Below the pieces are notes generated by a model, which ran no database searches, was not told the origin of the DNA, and was given only the letters and a program-made list of their open reading frames with translations. A stretch of 64,000 nt of DNA, taken from the NCBI GenBank assembly GCA_008933615.1, contig WBUR01000003.1, positions 16,340 through 80,339 of the forward strand, written 5' to 3'. The first letter of the stretch is position 1, and each line of letters opens with the position of its first letter. This DNA is from a bacterium. Lineage in GTDB: Bacteria; CLD3; SB21. Both the position numbers and the translations under genes were made by a program. Shown here in pieces: positions 41,386-51,555 of this stretch.

Positions 41386-41546
41386 AACCTAACTGACCCA
41401 ATTGGGTTAGCTCTTACGCACAGCGCCATCCAACATTTTCTCCTCCTAAATTGTTGTAACTTTTTCACTCAATTTCGTATATTATCCGGTCTTGACCCGT
41501 CTGTTAGACTTGTCGTAAATTCACATTATAATTTTGAGAGGGAATC

Positions 41547-44500
41547 ATGAAAAGCTTATTACTCTTATTTCTTGGACTTATGTTTTTAAACACTCTGTAT
41601 TCACAGGAAGAAGCCCGTCTGCTGAGATTTCCTGCAACGAACGGCAGTTATATCGTATTTTCGTATGCCGGTGATTTGTATACGGTCGGCATCGACGGCG
41701 GTATTGCGCGAAAACTGACGAATCACGAAGGTTACGAAATGTTCCCGCGTTTTTCTCCGGACGGAGAATCATTGGCATTTACAGGCCAGTATGACGGTAA
41801 TACGGAAGTGTACCTCATGACGGCTGGCGGCGGCATTCCCAAACGCCTGACCGTCACCGCTACGCTGGGACGAGACGATGTATCGGATCGTATGGGCCCT
41901 AATAACTTGGTTATGACGTGGAAAAATAAAACTCCGGAAATCGTATTTCGTTCACGCATGACTTCCTACAACGATTTTATCGGACAATTGTACTCGGTAA
42001 ATGTCGACGCAAGTCCGGCAAGTGAATTACCGCTGCCGCGCGGAGGATTTTGTTCGTTTTCACCCGATGATAAAAAAATGGCCTACAATCGTGTATTCCG
42101 GGAATTCCGTACGTGGAAGCGCTACCGCGGCGGTATGGCGGACGATATCTGGATCTATGATTTTGAGACCAAAAAGATAGAAAATATTACGAACAACGAC
42201 GCGCAGGATATTATCCCCATGTGGGCGGGTAATAAAATATATTTCCTTTCCGACCGCGATGTGAATAAGAGGATGAATCTATATTCGTATGATCTGGGAA
42301 CGAAAGTAACTAAACAGCTCACAACCTTTACCGATTTCGACATCAAATTTCCCTCTCTCGGCAAAGGCGCCATTGTTTTCGAAAATGGCGGATTTATATT
42401 TCGCTTTGATCTGGCGAGTGAAAAAGCCGTGATAGTTCCTATTCAGGTCAAGGAAGATTTTACGACCGGGCGCGGCGGCCTGATCAATGTGAGCAGAAAC
42501 ATCAGCAATTATGAAATTTCTCCCGATGGCAAGCGCGCATTATTCGGCGCACGCGGCGATGTGTTCACAGTTCCGGCCAAAAACGGCATCACGCGGAACC
42601 TGACTCAAAGTTCCGGCGTGCATGAACGCAACTCCAAATGGTCGCCTGATGGAAAATGGATCGCATTTATTTCCGATCAATCGGGTGAAAATGAAATTTG
42701 GATAATGCCTCAAGACGGCAGCGCGAAACCTACACAGATCACCAAAGGAGCAGACACGTATTACTACTCAATTTACTGGTCGCCGGACAGTAAAAAAATT
42801 CTGTGGGGTGACAAAAAACTCCGCCTTCGTTTTGTGGACGTGAACACTAAGACGATCACGGAAGTTGAAAAAGCCTCCGCATGGGAAATTACACAATATG
42901 GGTGGTCGCCTGACAGTAAGTGGATCACGTACGGCAAACCGGAAGAAGAAGGCATGAATAAGATTTATGTTTATTCTCTGGACCAGAAAAAATCGTTCGA
43001 TGTGACGGACGGATGGTATGACGCCAATAGTCCGGCGTTCAGCAGTGACGGCAAATATTTACTCTTTGCATCCAGCCGGGATTTTAATCCAATTTATAGT
43101 CAGACGGAGTGGAACCACGCATATCAGGATATGGAGCGCGTGTATTTCGTGACTCTTTCGAAAGATACCGATTCGCCGTTTAAACTGAAGAACGATGAAG
43201 TGGAAATAAAAAAAGAGGAAACAAAGGCCGAATCCAAAGATGCCAAAAAAGATGAACCCTCAAAATCTGATAAAAAAGAAACGGTTGTGAAAGTGGATAT
43301 GGACGGAATTAAATCGCGCATCATAGGTTTGCCGATTTCATCCGCTAACTATTTTAATCTTGCCTGTGTCGATGACAAAGTCTACTACAATCGTAAGAGC
43401 AGTAAAGACGAAAAAAACATTTTCCTGATGTATGACCTTAAAGACCAAAAAGAAACAGAACTGGGTCAAATTGACGGATATGAGATATCTACAGATAACA
43501 AAAAAATGATCGTTTCACAAAGCGGCAGCCACGCCATCATCGACCTTCCCAAGGGAAAAATTGAAATAAAAGACAAACTAAACACCTCAGGCATGGAAAT
43601 GAAACTGGACCGTCACGCCGAATGGGTTCAGATCTATAATGAATGCTGGCGGCAAATGCGTGATTTCCTTTATGATCCGAATCTGCATGGCGTGGACTGG
43701 GAAGGAGTTCGCAACAAATATGCGCCGCTTGTGTCGTATGTAAATCATCGGAACGATTTGACGTACATCATTGGAGAGATGATAGGGGAGCTTAATATCG
43801 GCCACGCTTACGTCGGCGGCGGCGACCGCCCGCAGGCGAAACGAATTCCACTCGGTCTTCTGGGGGCTATGTTGGAAAGGGACCCTGGTACAAAATATTA
43901 TCGCATTACGAAAATTCTCAACGGACAGAATTGGGATAAGACAACCCGCTCGCCGTTTACCGAAGTTGGCGTCAACGTCAATGAAGGCGAATACGTTATT
44001 GCAGTTAACGGCCAGCCGACAAACCAGATGAATAATATTTACGAAGCGCTGGTGAATACCGCAGATAAACAAGTGATTTTAAAGGTTAATTCCAAGGCAA
44101 CGGATACGGGCGCGCGTGAAGTATCCATCACGCCGATCGGCGACGAATCAAATTTGTATTATTACAAATGGGTTCAGACCAATATCGACAAAGTTGCCAA
44201 AGCAACCGGCGGAAAGGTCGGATATATCCACGTTCCAAACATGGGTGTTGAAGGTTTGAATGAGTTTGTCAAACATTTTTATCCGCAGCTTCGCAAAAAA
44301 GCGCTCATCATTGACGTTCGCGGTAACGGCGGCGGCAATGTTTCCCCAATGCTGATCGAACGGCTGCGTCGAGAGCTTGTGATGGTCAGTTCCGCCAGAA
44401 ATCTGTCGATCACGCCTGACCCGAACGCGATGATTCTTGGTCCGATGGTCTGCCTGCTCAATGAGTTTTCGGCTTCTGACGGAGATTTGTTTCCGTATCG

Positions 44501-44813
44501 TTTTAAAAAAATGAAATTAGGCAAACTCATTGGGAAACGCAGTTGGGGCGGGGTTGTGGGTATCCGCGGCTCTCTTCCGCTGGCGGACGGCGGCTATTTG
44601 AATCGCCCGGAATTCTCTCGTTACGGAAGCGACGGCAAAGAGTGGATCATTGAAGGTTATGGCGTGGATCCGGATATTTATGTAGATAACGATCCCGCCA
44701 AGGAATACGCCGGTACGGATGAACAACTCAACAAGGCGATCGAGGTAATCCAGGATGAATTGAAACAGCATCCGCAGGAATTACCCAAAGCGCCGGACTA
44801 TCCGAAAAAATAA
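41547..44813 (+). CDS. Tricorn protease homolog (S41), secreted
   Basis: Signal peptide, PD40/beta-propeller repeats (SPDG), 'WKRYRGG', PDZ region, 'IIDVRGNGGG', 'SASDGD', 'GKRSWGGVVG', 'EGYGVDPD'. Confidence 0.95.
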   Translation: MKSLLLLFLGLMFLNTLYSQEEARLLRFPATNGSYIVFSYAGDLYTVGIDGGIARKLTNHEGYEMFPRFSPDGESLAFTGQYDGNTEVYLMTAGGGIPKRLTVTATLGRDDVSDRMGPNNLVMTWKNKTPEIVFRSRMTSYNDFIGQLYSVNVDASPASELPLPRGGFCSFSPDDKKMAYNRVFREFRTWKRYRGGMADDIWIYDFETKKIENITNNDAQDIIPMWAGNKIYFLSDRDVNKRMNLYSYDLGTKVTKQLTTFTDFDIKFPSLGKGAIVFENGGFIFRFDLASEKAVIVPIQVKEDFTTGRGGLINVSRNISNYEISPDGKRALFGARGDVFTVPAKNGITRNLTQSSGVHERNSKWSPDGKWIAFISDQSGENEIWIMPQDGSAKPTQITKGADTYYYSIYWSPDSKKILWGDKKLRLRFVDVNTKTITEVEKASAWEITQYGWSPDSKWITYGKPEEEGMNKIYVYSLDQKKSFDVTDGWYDANSPAFSSDGKYLLFASSRDFNPIYSQTEWNHAYQDMERVYFVTLSKDTDSPFKLKNDEVEIKKEETKAESKDAKKDEPSKSDKKETVVKVDMDGIKSRIIGLPISSANYFNLACVDDKVYYNRKSSKDEKNIFLMYDLKDQKETELGQIDGYEISTDNKKMIVSQSGSHAIIDLPKGKIEIKDKLNTSGMEMKLDRHAEWVQIYNECWRQMRDFLYDPNLHGVDWEGVRNKYAPLVSYVNHRNDLTYIIGEMIGELNIGHAYVGGGDRPQAKRIPLGLLGAMLERDPGTKYYRITKILNGQNWDKTTRSPFTEVGVNVNEGEYVIAVNGQPTNQMNNIYEALVNTADKQVILKVNSKATDTGAREVSITPIGDESNLYYYKWVQTNIDKVAKATGGKVGYIHVPNMGVEGLNEFVKHFYPQLRKKALIIDVRGNGGGNVSPMLIERLRRELVMVSSARNLSITPDPNAMILGPMVCLLNEFSASDGDLFPYRFKKMKLGKLIGKRSWGGVVGIRGSLPLADGGYLNRPEFSRYGSDGKEWIIEGYGVDPDIYVDNDPAKEYAGTDEQLNKAIEVIQDELKQHPQELPKAPDYPKK

Positions 44814-44862
44814 TTTTTTGCCAAGGCGTCAAGAATAGGTTGGAAAATTCATCTTTTTAATC

Positions 44863-44924
44863 TCCCGCAGATACCGCAAATTAACGCAGAAAACGTTCTG
44901 CGGGGATCGGCGAGGTCTGCGGGA
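44863..44924. repeat. REP-like palindrome (TCCCGCAGA...CGCAGAA-AACG-TTCTGCG...TCTGCGGGA)
   Basis: Nested inverted repeat between the tricorn and M49 genes. Same CGCAGA/TCTGCG unit as the other copies. Confidence 0.6.
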
Positions 44925-44955
44925 CAAAAATGCAAAGTAAAAACAGGAGACTGAC

Positions 44956-46611
44956 ATGAAGTATTTTATAATTGTTCTACTGATTGCCGTAGCCGGTTGT
45001 CAGAAGCCTAAGGAAAAACCGATGGAAGAGAAAAGCGAGCTTCAGAAGAAGATCGATGCGTATGCGAAAATTGAAATTAATGTAAAAATGGATCACCTCT
45101 CGCCTAGAGAAAAAGAATTGGTCAATACGCTGGTGAAAGCAGGCGAAATTGCCGATGAGATATTCTGGAAACAGACGGCCTATGACGCTGCCGCTGTCCG
45201 TGATATGCTGAAACCTAAAACGGATAAGGCTTCCAAAGAAGCTTTGGAATTTGTCATGATCAATTACGGGCCCTACGATCGGGAAGACCGCAAACGATTT
45301 ATTGGTGACGGCCCGCAAGGCCATCCGGAAGGCGCCGCTTTCTATCCCGCGGATATGACCAAAGAAGAATTTGAAAAATACATTAAGGCCAATCCAAAAG
45401 AAGAGAAAGAACTTACCGGCCTGTACACGGTCGTTGTGCGCGAAAACGGGAAGTTGAAAGCGGTTCCATATCATCAAATGTACAAAGCGGAACTTGAAGC
45501 CATGAGCGCGTTACTTCAGAAAGCATCGGACCTGGCTGACAACGAATCACTCAAAAAATACCTCGCGGCGCGCGCGCGGGCAATATTGACCGATGATTAT
45601 TATGAATCCGATGTGTTGTGGATGAAATTGAAGGACAATAATATAGACGTGGTCATCGGGCCCATCGAAAATTACGAAGATAACATGTTTAACTACAAAG
45701 CCGCATACGAAGCGGCTGTGATGATAAAAGATCCTGAAGGGACAAAAGAACTCCAGATCTTCCAGTCGCATCTCGACGCTCTTGAGCAGAATTTACCTCA
45801 GAAAAAAGAATATATCCGTTCCTCAGCCGGTAAAGCGAACGTGTTGGAAGTGGTGAATATCGCGTATTTCGGCGGTGATTTTCAGAAAGGCATAAAAACC
45901 ATCGCGGCCTCGCTTCCCAACGATCCGAAGGTTCATGATGAATACGGCGGGAAGAAACAGATGTACAAAAATTTGATGGAAGCGAAATTTGAGAAGATCG
46001 TCAAACCGATCGGCGAAAAAATAGTTGCGGAAGATTTTCGCAAATATATCGACCCGCATTCGTTCACCACGTTTGTAACGATGCATGAAGTTTCGCATAC
46101 CTTGGGCAGAAGTTATGTGTACGGAAACGATAAGCTGGACGTTCGCAAAGCGTTGACTGATTTGCATTCGGCTATCGAAGAAGCTAAAGCGGACGTATTG
46201 GGAATTTATAACATGGATTATTTCAAACGCCAGGGCATGTATGACGAGGAGGCAATGAAGCGTCATTACGTTACCTACCTCGTTGGATTATTCCGTTCCA
46301 TTCGATTTGGCGCCGAAGAAGCGCACGGGAAAGCAAATATTGCCCAGATGGTCTTTTTGAAGGAGCAAGGCGCCGTAGCAAGAGATGCGAACGGATATTG
46401 GACGATCAATTTTGAAAAGTTCCAGTCCGGCGTTGCCGCGCTGGGCAAAGTTCTTCTTGAAATCGAAGCGGAAGGCAATTACGAAGGCGCGAAAATTTTT
46501 CTCGAAAAATACGGAAAATTAACTGACGATATAAAAGCCGATCTTGCAAAGATGACCGATATTCCGCGCGATCTGAATACGACGTATGGGATCATGAAAA
46601 CAGTTCACTAA
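44956..46611 (+). CDS. M49 family dipeptidyl-peptidase III-like lipoprotein
   Basis: Lipobox 'VAGC', 'NYGPYDR', 'IGPIENYED', 'SLPND', zinc motif 'HEVSH' and 'EEAKAD'. Confidence 0.88.
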   Translation: MKYFIIVLLIAVAGCQKPKEKPMEEKSELQKKIDAYAKIEINVKMDHLSPREKELVNTLVKAGEIADEIFWKQTAYDAAAVRDMLKPKTDKASKEALEFVMINYGPYDREDRKRFIGDGPQGHPEGAAFYPADMTKEEFEKYIKANPKEEKELTGLYTVVVRENGKLKAVPYHQMYKAELEAMSALLQKASDLADNESLKKYLAARARAILTDDYYESDVLWMKLKDNNIDVVIGPIENYEDNMFNYKAAYEAAVMIKDPEGTKELQIFQSHLDALEQNLPQKKEYIRSSAGKANVLEVVNIAYFGGDFQKGIKTIAASLPNDPKVHDEYGGKKQMYKNLMEAKFEKIVKPIGEKIVAEDFRKYIDPHSFTTFVTMHEVSHTLGRSYVYGNDKLDVRKALTDLHSAIEEAKADVLGIYNMDYFKRQGMYDEEAMKRHYVTYLVGLFRSIRFGAEEAHGKANIAQMVFLKEQGAVARDANGYWTINFEKFQSGVAALGKVLLEIEAEGNYEGAKIFLEKYGKLTDDIKADLAKMTDIPRDLNTTYGIMKTVH

Positions 46612-46652
46612 AAAACAGTATTTGTTACCGTCTGAGTTGTATTGTGAATATC

Positions 46653-46687
46653 AAAACCCGGTCCATTGCCGGGTTTTTGTTTTTTAA
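46653..46687 (+). terminator. Rho-independent terminator after the M49 gene
   Basis: AAAACCCGG-tccattg-CCGGGTTTT followed by a T-rich tail. Confidence 0.75.
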
Positions 46688-46749
46688 CTCCGCTTACCGA
46701 TATAAAACCTCCATATACCGAAAAGCCAGGAACATTTTATACGAAAAGC
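46688..46749 (+). promoter_or_regulatory. Candidate LytTR-binding direct repeats
   Basis: CTCCgctTACCGA (46688-700) and CTCCataTACCGA (46709-721) are 21 bp apart, with a partial third copy ATACGAAAAGC (46739-49). They lie upstream of the operon encoding the LytTR regulator. Confidence 0.5.
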
Positions 46750-46791
46750 GGTATCTTGCAATGGGTTTAAGAATTAATAATTGGAGGTTAT

Positions 46792-47157
46792 ATGAAAGAG
46801 TATTCATCGCATCATTTCAGGTCGCAAATATTGTTCGGCCTGCTTTTCATTGTTGCGGGTATCGCGCTTTTTTTGGATCGATCCGATCTCCTTGAAGTAG
46901 GTTCGATCTGGCGTTATTGGCCATTCCTAATAGTTCTTTTTGGTATCAATAAGTTGGTACAGTTTTCTAATCCTCGCATCATGCTGAAGGGTTTTTGGCT
47001 TGTTTTCGTCGGGTTATGGTTATATGTTTCGATCGAGCATGTTTGGGGATTGGAGTTCAGCGACACATGGCCCATGCTGGTCATTGCATGGGGGATTTCC
47101 CTCGTGGTAAAAAGTTTTTTAAAGGGCTCAGAAGAATATTGTTTTAAGGAGAATTAA
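46792..47157 (+). CDS. LiaF/DUF5668-like membrane protein
   Basis: 'GLLFIVAGIALFL...WRYWPFLIVLFG...WPMLVIAWG'. GGAGG RBS. Confidence 0.8.
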   Translation: MKEYSSHHFRSQILFGLLFIVAGIALFLDRSDLLEVGSIWRYWPFLIVLFGINKLVQFSNPRIMLKGFWLVFVGLWLYVSIEHVWGLEFSDTWPMLVIAWGISLVVKSFLKGSEEYCFKEN

Positions 47158-47158
47158 T

Positions 47159-47866
47159 ATGGACAACCAAACGTTTCGTTTTTCGCCGCAATTGATGATC
47201 GGCGCCGCTATTATGATACTGGGCTTTTTATTTCTTTTCGATAATTTGAACGTGATTGATGCCGGCAGGATCATCCGCTTATGGCCTGTTCTTTTTATTT
47301 TGTTCGGAATTTTAAAAATCAGCCAATCACGAAACCCGTCAAGCTGGTTTGTAGGAGGCGTATTCATTTTCATCGGCTCCATTATGACCTTGGGCAGGCT
47401 TGGCATAATGCACTTTAGTTTGCACCAGTGGTGGCCTATATTTTTAATCATTGTGGGTATCAGTTTTTTATTAAAGGCTTGGACTCGTCATCAGCATGGC
47501 GCCGTTTTGGGAGCTAGCCGCATTATGAATCATGATGAGTCAACGGTTAACGTTGTTACGTTCATGGGAGGAAATCATATCAAAAATATATCTCAGGATT
47601 TTCGCGGCGGTGAAGTTACAGCCGTGATGGGCGGTGTGGAGATGGATCTCAGGCAGGCGTCAATGAGCGGCGAAGCCATACTCAATGTATTTACGTTTTG
47701 GGGCGGAATTGATATCAAAGTGCCGCCCGACTGGAACGTCATAATGAACGGCATCCCCATTCTTGGCGGAATTGACGATAAGACCGTCCAACCTGCGGAT
47801 TCGCAGAGTAAACGCTTTGTTATCAAAGGCTATGCGATCATGGGCGGCGTGGAGATAAAAAATTAG
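47159..47866 (+). CDS. LiaF-like cell-wall-stress membrane protein (TM region + DUF2154-type C-terminal domain)
   Basis: Four TM helices with WP motifs, then 'FRGGEVTAVMGGVEMDLRQA...FWGGIDIKVPPDW...AIMGGVEIK'. Confidence 0.85.
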   Translation: MDNQTFRFSPQLMIGAAIMILGFLFLFDNLNVIDAGRIIRLWPVLFILFGILKISQSRNPSSWFVGGVFIFIGSIMTLGRLGIMHFSLHQWWPIFLIIVGISFLLKAWTRHQHGAVLGASRIMNHDESTVNVVTFMGGNHIKNISQDFRGGEVTAVMGGVEMDLRQASMSGEAILNVFTFWGGIDIKVPPDWNVIMNGIPILGGIDDKTVQPADSQSKRFVIKGYAIMGGVEIKN

Positions 47867-47915
47867 AATTATTTCTGTTTTTAACCCTGCGATTTGTTTG
47901 TAAAAACGATTTTAT

Positions 47916-48974
47916 ATGCATCCGATTCTTGCGCATAGAGAAAAACTGGGACTGTATCTTTTCGCATGGCTGATACTCGGATTATTAATAACTACACTGG
48001 CGGTTTTATCTGACCGTTTCGCGTGGATATTTGCTTTGCTGTTTTCGGTTCCTGTCACGTTGCTGTACGCCTTCGTTGGCCTGTCGGCATATTATTTATG
48101 CCGCGCGTTTCCGCTTGATCGGGGAAAATTATTCCAACTCATACTCGTGTTTGTTTTTGTATCGGTAGTTTCCAGCGCCATGTGGATTCTGCTTGCCAAA
48201 ACGTGGTATTGGGCGCTGAGCCAAATTACGCTCAATACGACACCAGTAGAGTTGTCCGATGCGTTGCTAACCATCTTGTTTGGAGTCGGTGTCGTTCTGT
48301 ATATTCTATCGGTGTCGGTACATTACCTTCTCATTGAATTTGAAAAGGGAAGCCACGCGGAACGTCGCGAATTTCAACTGCAATTGCTTGCCCAAGATGC
48401 GGAACTGAAAAGTCTGCGCGCTCAAATTGACCCCCATTTTTTATTTAACAGTCTAAACTCCATCTCTGCGCTTACGACCGTCGACCCTGTTATTGCGAGG
48501 CATATGACGCTGCTGTTGGCCGATTTTCTGAGAAAAAGCCTGGATTTAGGCTCGAAAGATAAGATCACATTAGCCGAGGAGATTGAATTAGGATCCAATT
48601 TTCTTGATATCGAAAAAACGCGTTTTGCGGAACGACTTCAAGTGACTTATGATTGCGATCCTGCATGCAACGCCTGCTTGGTTCCTCCTCTGATATTACA
48701 GCCGCTGATCGAAAATGCTATAAAACACGGCATTGCCAATCTGGTTCAGGGAGGCATGATCATAATTCAGACAAAACGGTTAGGTAGCCGAGTGAGAATT
48801 TCTATCGAGAATCCGGTCGATAAGGAACCGTCGAGAAAAGCGGGCGCTCATCTTGGTTTGGAGAATGTCAAAAAAAGATTAGTAACATCGTATGCCGAAG
48901 AAGCCCGATTAGACATTATATCAACTGAAACGCGGTTTAAAATAGAAATCTTTTTGGCTGCGGAGGAAAGATGA
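47916..48974 (+). CDS. LytS/YehU-family sensor histidine kinase
   Basis: N-terminal TM helices, 'LRAQIDPHFLFNSLNSI', 'LQPLIENAIKHG', 'GLENVKKRL'. Confidence 0.93.
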   Translation: MHPILAHREKLGLYLFAWLILGLLITTLAVLSDRFAWIFALLFSVPVTLLYAFVGLSAYYLCRAFPLDRGKLFQLILVFVFVSVVSSAMWILLAKTWYWALSQITLNTTPVELSDALLTILFGVGVVLYILSVSVHYLLIEFEKGSHAERREFQLQLLAQDAELKSLRAQIDPHFLFNSLNSISALTTVDPVIARHMTLLLADFLRKSLDLGSKDKITLAEEIELGSNFLDIEKTRFAERLQVTYDCDPACNACLVPPLILQPLIENAIKHGIANLVQGGMIIIQTKRLGSRVRISIENPVDKEPSRKAGAHLGLENVKKRLVTSYAEEARLDIISTETRFKIEIFLAAEER

Positions 48975-49720
48975 CGAAGAAAAAGGCAATTCGAACCCTG
49001 ATCGTCGATGACGAATCTCTGTCACGGCGCATCGTACGGGAATACCTTGGACTGCATTCGGAGATCGAGATCGTCGGCGAATGTGCGAACGGATTTGACG
49101 CCGTAAAAGAGATCACGGAACAAAACCCCGATCTTGTATTTCTTGACATACAAATGCCGAAACTAAGCGGTTTTGAAGCGTTGGAACTTGTGGACAAAAA
49201 TGTATCGGTTGTTTTTGTAACGGCCTACGATCAATATGCACTGAAAGCCTTTGAAGTTCACGCCGTGGATTATCTTCTCAAGCCATTCAGCCAACAGCGT
49301 TTTGATGAAGCACTGGAACATGCGCTACGGGACATATCCGCGAAAAAGCATAAAAACTTTCACGCGATAGCCGCCGCCGCGCAGCCTAAAGACCGTATTC
49401 AGGAACGTGTGCTGGTGCGCGAAGGATCACAGGTGCACGTTCTGCCGGCGGAAACGATAGACTATGTAGAGGCGCAGGATGATTATATCAGGATTCAGGC
49501 AGGTGGAAAATCATTTCTAAAACAACAGCGTTTATCTGAATTGGAAGAAGCTTTGGATCATAAAAAATTCATTCGGATTCACCGTTCGTATATTCTGAAT
49601 ATCGAACGTATGGCGAAGATCGAGCTGTATGCGAAGGACAGCCGCGTGGTGATACTTAAGGACGGTACGAAATTGAATGTGAGCCGGGCGGGGTATGAGA
49701 AATTACGCGGATTGCTGTAA
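48971..49720 (+). CDS. LytTR-family response regulator
   Basis: Receiver 'IVDDE', 'FLDIQMP', 'TAYD', 'DYLLKP'. LytTR 'FIRIHRSYILN'. ATGA overlap with the kinase. Confidence 0.95.
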   Translation: MTKKKAIRTLIVDDESLSRRIVREYLGLHSEIEIVGECANGFDAVKEITEQNPDLVFLDIQMPKLSGFEALELVDKNVSVVFVTAYDQYALKAFEVHAVDYLLKPFSQQRFDEALEHALRDISAKKHKNFHAIAAAAQPKDRIQERVLVREGSQVHVLPAETIDYVEAQDDYIRIQAGGKSFLKQQRLSELEEALDHKKFIRIHRSYILNIERMAKIELYAKDSRVVILKDGTKLNVSRAGYEKLRGLL

Positions 49721-50255
49721 TAAAACAAACGTATTCATGGGTGGCTCCGATATTGAGAAGAATGCCATCGACACAAAGATAGAGATAGTTTTCCTGCAAG
49801 GGCGCTTCTTTCCATGCTATGTTGTCGCCACTGGGCTTTGAAGCGAGTGATCATTGCCGCAGATGACGGATTGAGGTCTCCAAACACGGTGCTCTATACT
49901 ACGCAAAGATATAAGCGGCCAAGCCATACAGATACAGCTAGGCATAAACGCATCAATGGCTGGAGTTCGGAGTTGGTATATACCCAGTATTTAAGACGCA
50001 AGATCATCTATTTAGCGTCGGCCAAAACTAATCCGTTTGAGGTTTGAAGTCATAGATTGATTTGGATTTGTTTGACATACTTTTTCACTGACGACCTCTG
50101 TAAGTTTTGAGAAAATAGGTGCTTCTTACATTAATTTGCGGAGTCGCCGCATTTATTCATCCTTTTTTCTGTACACAGCTTCTAAAATTAACTCCATGCA
50201 AGAACAAGAAACGGACCTTATCGTATAAACGTCAGCTTAATCAAGTAAAGCATTT

Positions 50256-51404
50256 ATGTTGTCCGAAATACTTTACGCCATCAAAATTGTAACTGTTTTT
50301 CAGTTATTATTTTTCTCAGTTTTTCTTTTTTTTCATAGTCGATCGGGAAAGCTGGGAAATTATATTCTTGCTGGCTTTCTTGCGGCGCTTACGTTTGGAA
50401 CGATTTACCGACTTTCATTTTACGATATCGAAATTTGCATTGAAAAATATCCCCAACTCGTTTTTATAGGCGAATCGTCCGGGCTAATTCTAGGGCCTTC
50501 GCTGTATTTGTATGCGCAAACGATCGTTCGCGGAGAGCAGGCTGTTAATCTAACCAAGTTACTGCTGCACAGCATTCCTTTTATAGTTTTCTGGGCGTTC
50601 TTCTTACCTCAACTAAATGTTGATTTTTCAACGGAAGGACGTTTGTTTTCGACATCGCTAGAAATGTTTCTGCCGTATGCGGATATTTTGATTCATGGTT
50701 TGATCGTTACCCATTTTATTGTCTATACGTCGTCAACGCTTTTGACTATCCATAGATATCATAAAGAAATGTTGAATCATTATTCCACGGTAGAAAAATT
50801 ACGCTTTCGGTGGTTGGCTATTTTGATAACCGCGTTTGTAAGCACATGGTTTTTGGGATTTGCCAATTATACCTCTGCATGGTATGGTGAGCAAATCAAA
50901 TCGGTTGGGGTGTCGTACGTATTTGCTGCATTTATTTTTTCAAATCTCATTATTATCAAAGGGCTTCGACAGCCGCAGATTTTCATCGATCTTTTTCAGA
51001 TCGTCCCGGATCGTCCCAAATATTCAAAAACCTTATTGCGGGATGAAGAGATCAAAACGTATCGACAGCAGGTGCAAAACTATATGGAAAAGTATAAGCC
51101 GTACACGGATGCCGGATTTACGATGGATGATCTTGCGAATGCGTTATCACTCCCCGCCCATGTCGTTTCACAGGTGCTCAATACATCTTTTGAAAAAAAC
51201 TTTTTTCAATTTATAAATCACTATCGCATCGAAGAATGTAAGCGGCTTTTTCAAGTTCAGTCCGGTGAAAAGGCATCCGTCCTTGAGATATGTTATAAAT
51301 CCGGCTTTAATTCTAAAACGACGTTTAATACTACATTCAAAAAAGTGACAGGATATACACCCACCGAATATTTAAGAAAAACTACTGATTCTCCAAAAAA
51401 ATAA
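50256..51404 (+). CDS. Membrane-anchored AraC-family transcriptional regulator
   Basis: About 7 N-terminal TM helices. C-terminal 'LANALS...VSQVLN...NFFQFINHYRIEE...SGFNSKTTFNTTFKKVTGYTPTEY'. Confidence 0.92.
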   Translation: MLSEILYAIKIVTVFQLLFFSVFLFFHSRSGKLGNYILAGFLAALTFGTIYRLSFYDIEICIEKYPQLVFIGESSGLILGPSLYLYAQTIVRGEQAVNLTKLLLHSIPFIVFWAFFLPQLNVDFSTEGRLFSTSLEMFLPYADILIHGLIVTHFIVYTSSTLLTIHRYHKEMLNHYSTVEKLRFRWLAILITAFVSTWFLGFANYTSAWYGEQIKSVGVSYVFAAFIFSNLIIIKGLRQPQIFIDLFQIVPDRPKYSKTLLRDEEIKTYRQQVQNYMEKYKPYTDAGFTMDDLANALSLPAHVVSQVLNTSFEKNFFQFINHYRIEECKRLFQVQSGEKASVLEICYKSGFNSKTTFNTTFKKVTGYTPTEYLRKTTDSPKK

Positions 51405-51555
51405 GGATTTATATGCCAGAAACTGTTTTGAAGTGCTGTCCTTTTATCTGTAAATTCGTTCGACCTTATTAACCTGAACGATTCTTCCACTTGAAAACGC
51501 TATCTTTTCTTGATTTTGCTCTGATTCTTCAACTCACAAGAAAAAAATCGTTCTA

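Noticed and set aside
49814..50047. 77-aa ORF or possible pseudogene in the gap after the LytTR gene
   Set aside because: No RBS or recognisable motif. The other plus frames I read have several stops and no family resemblance.
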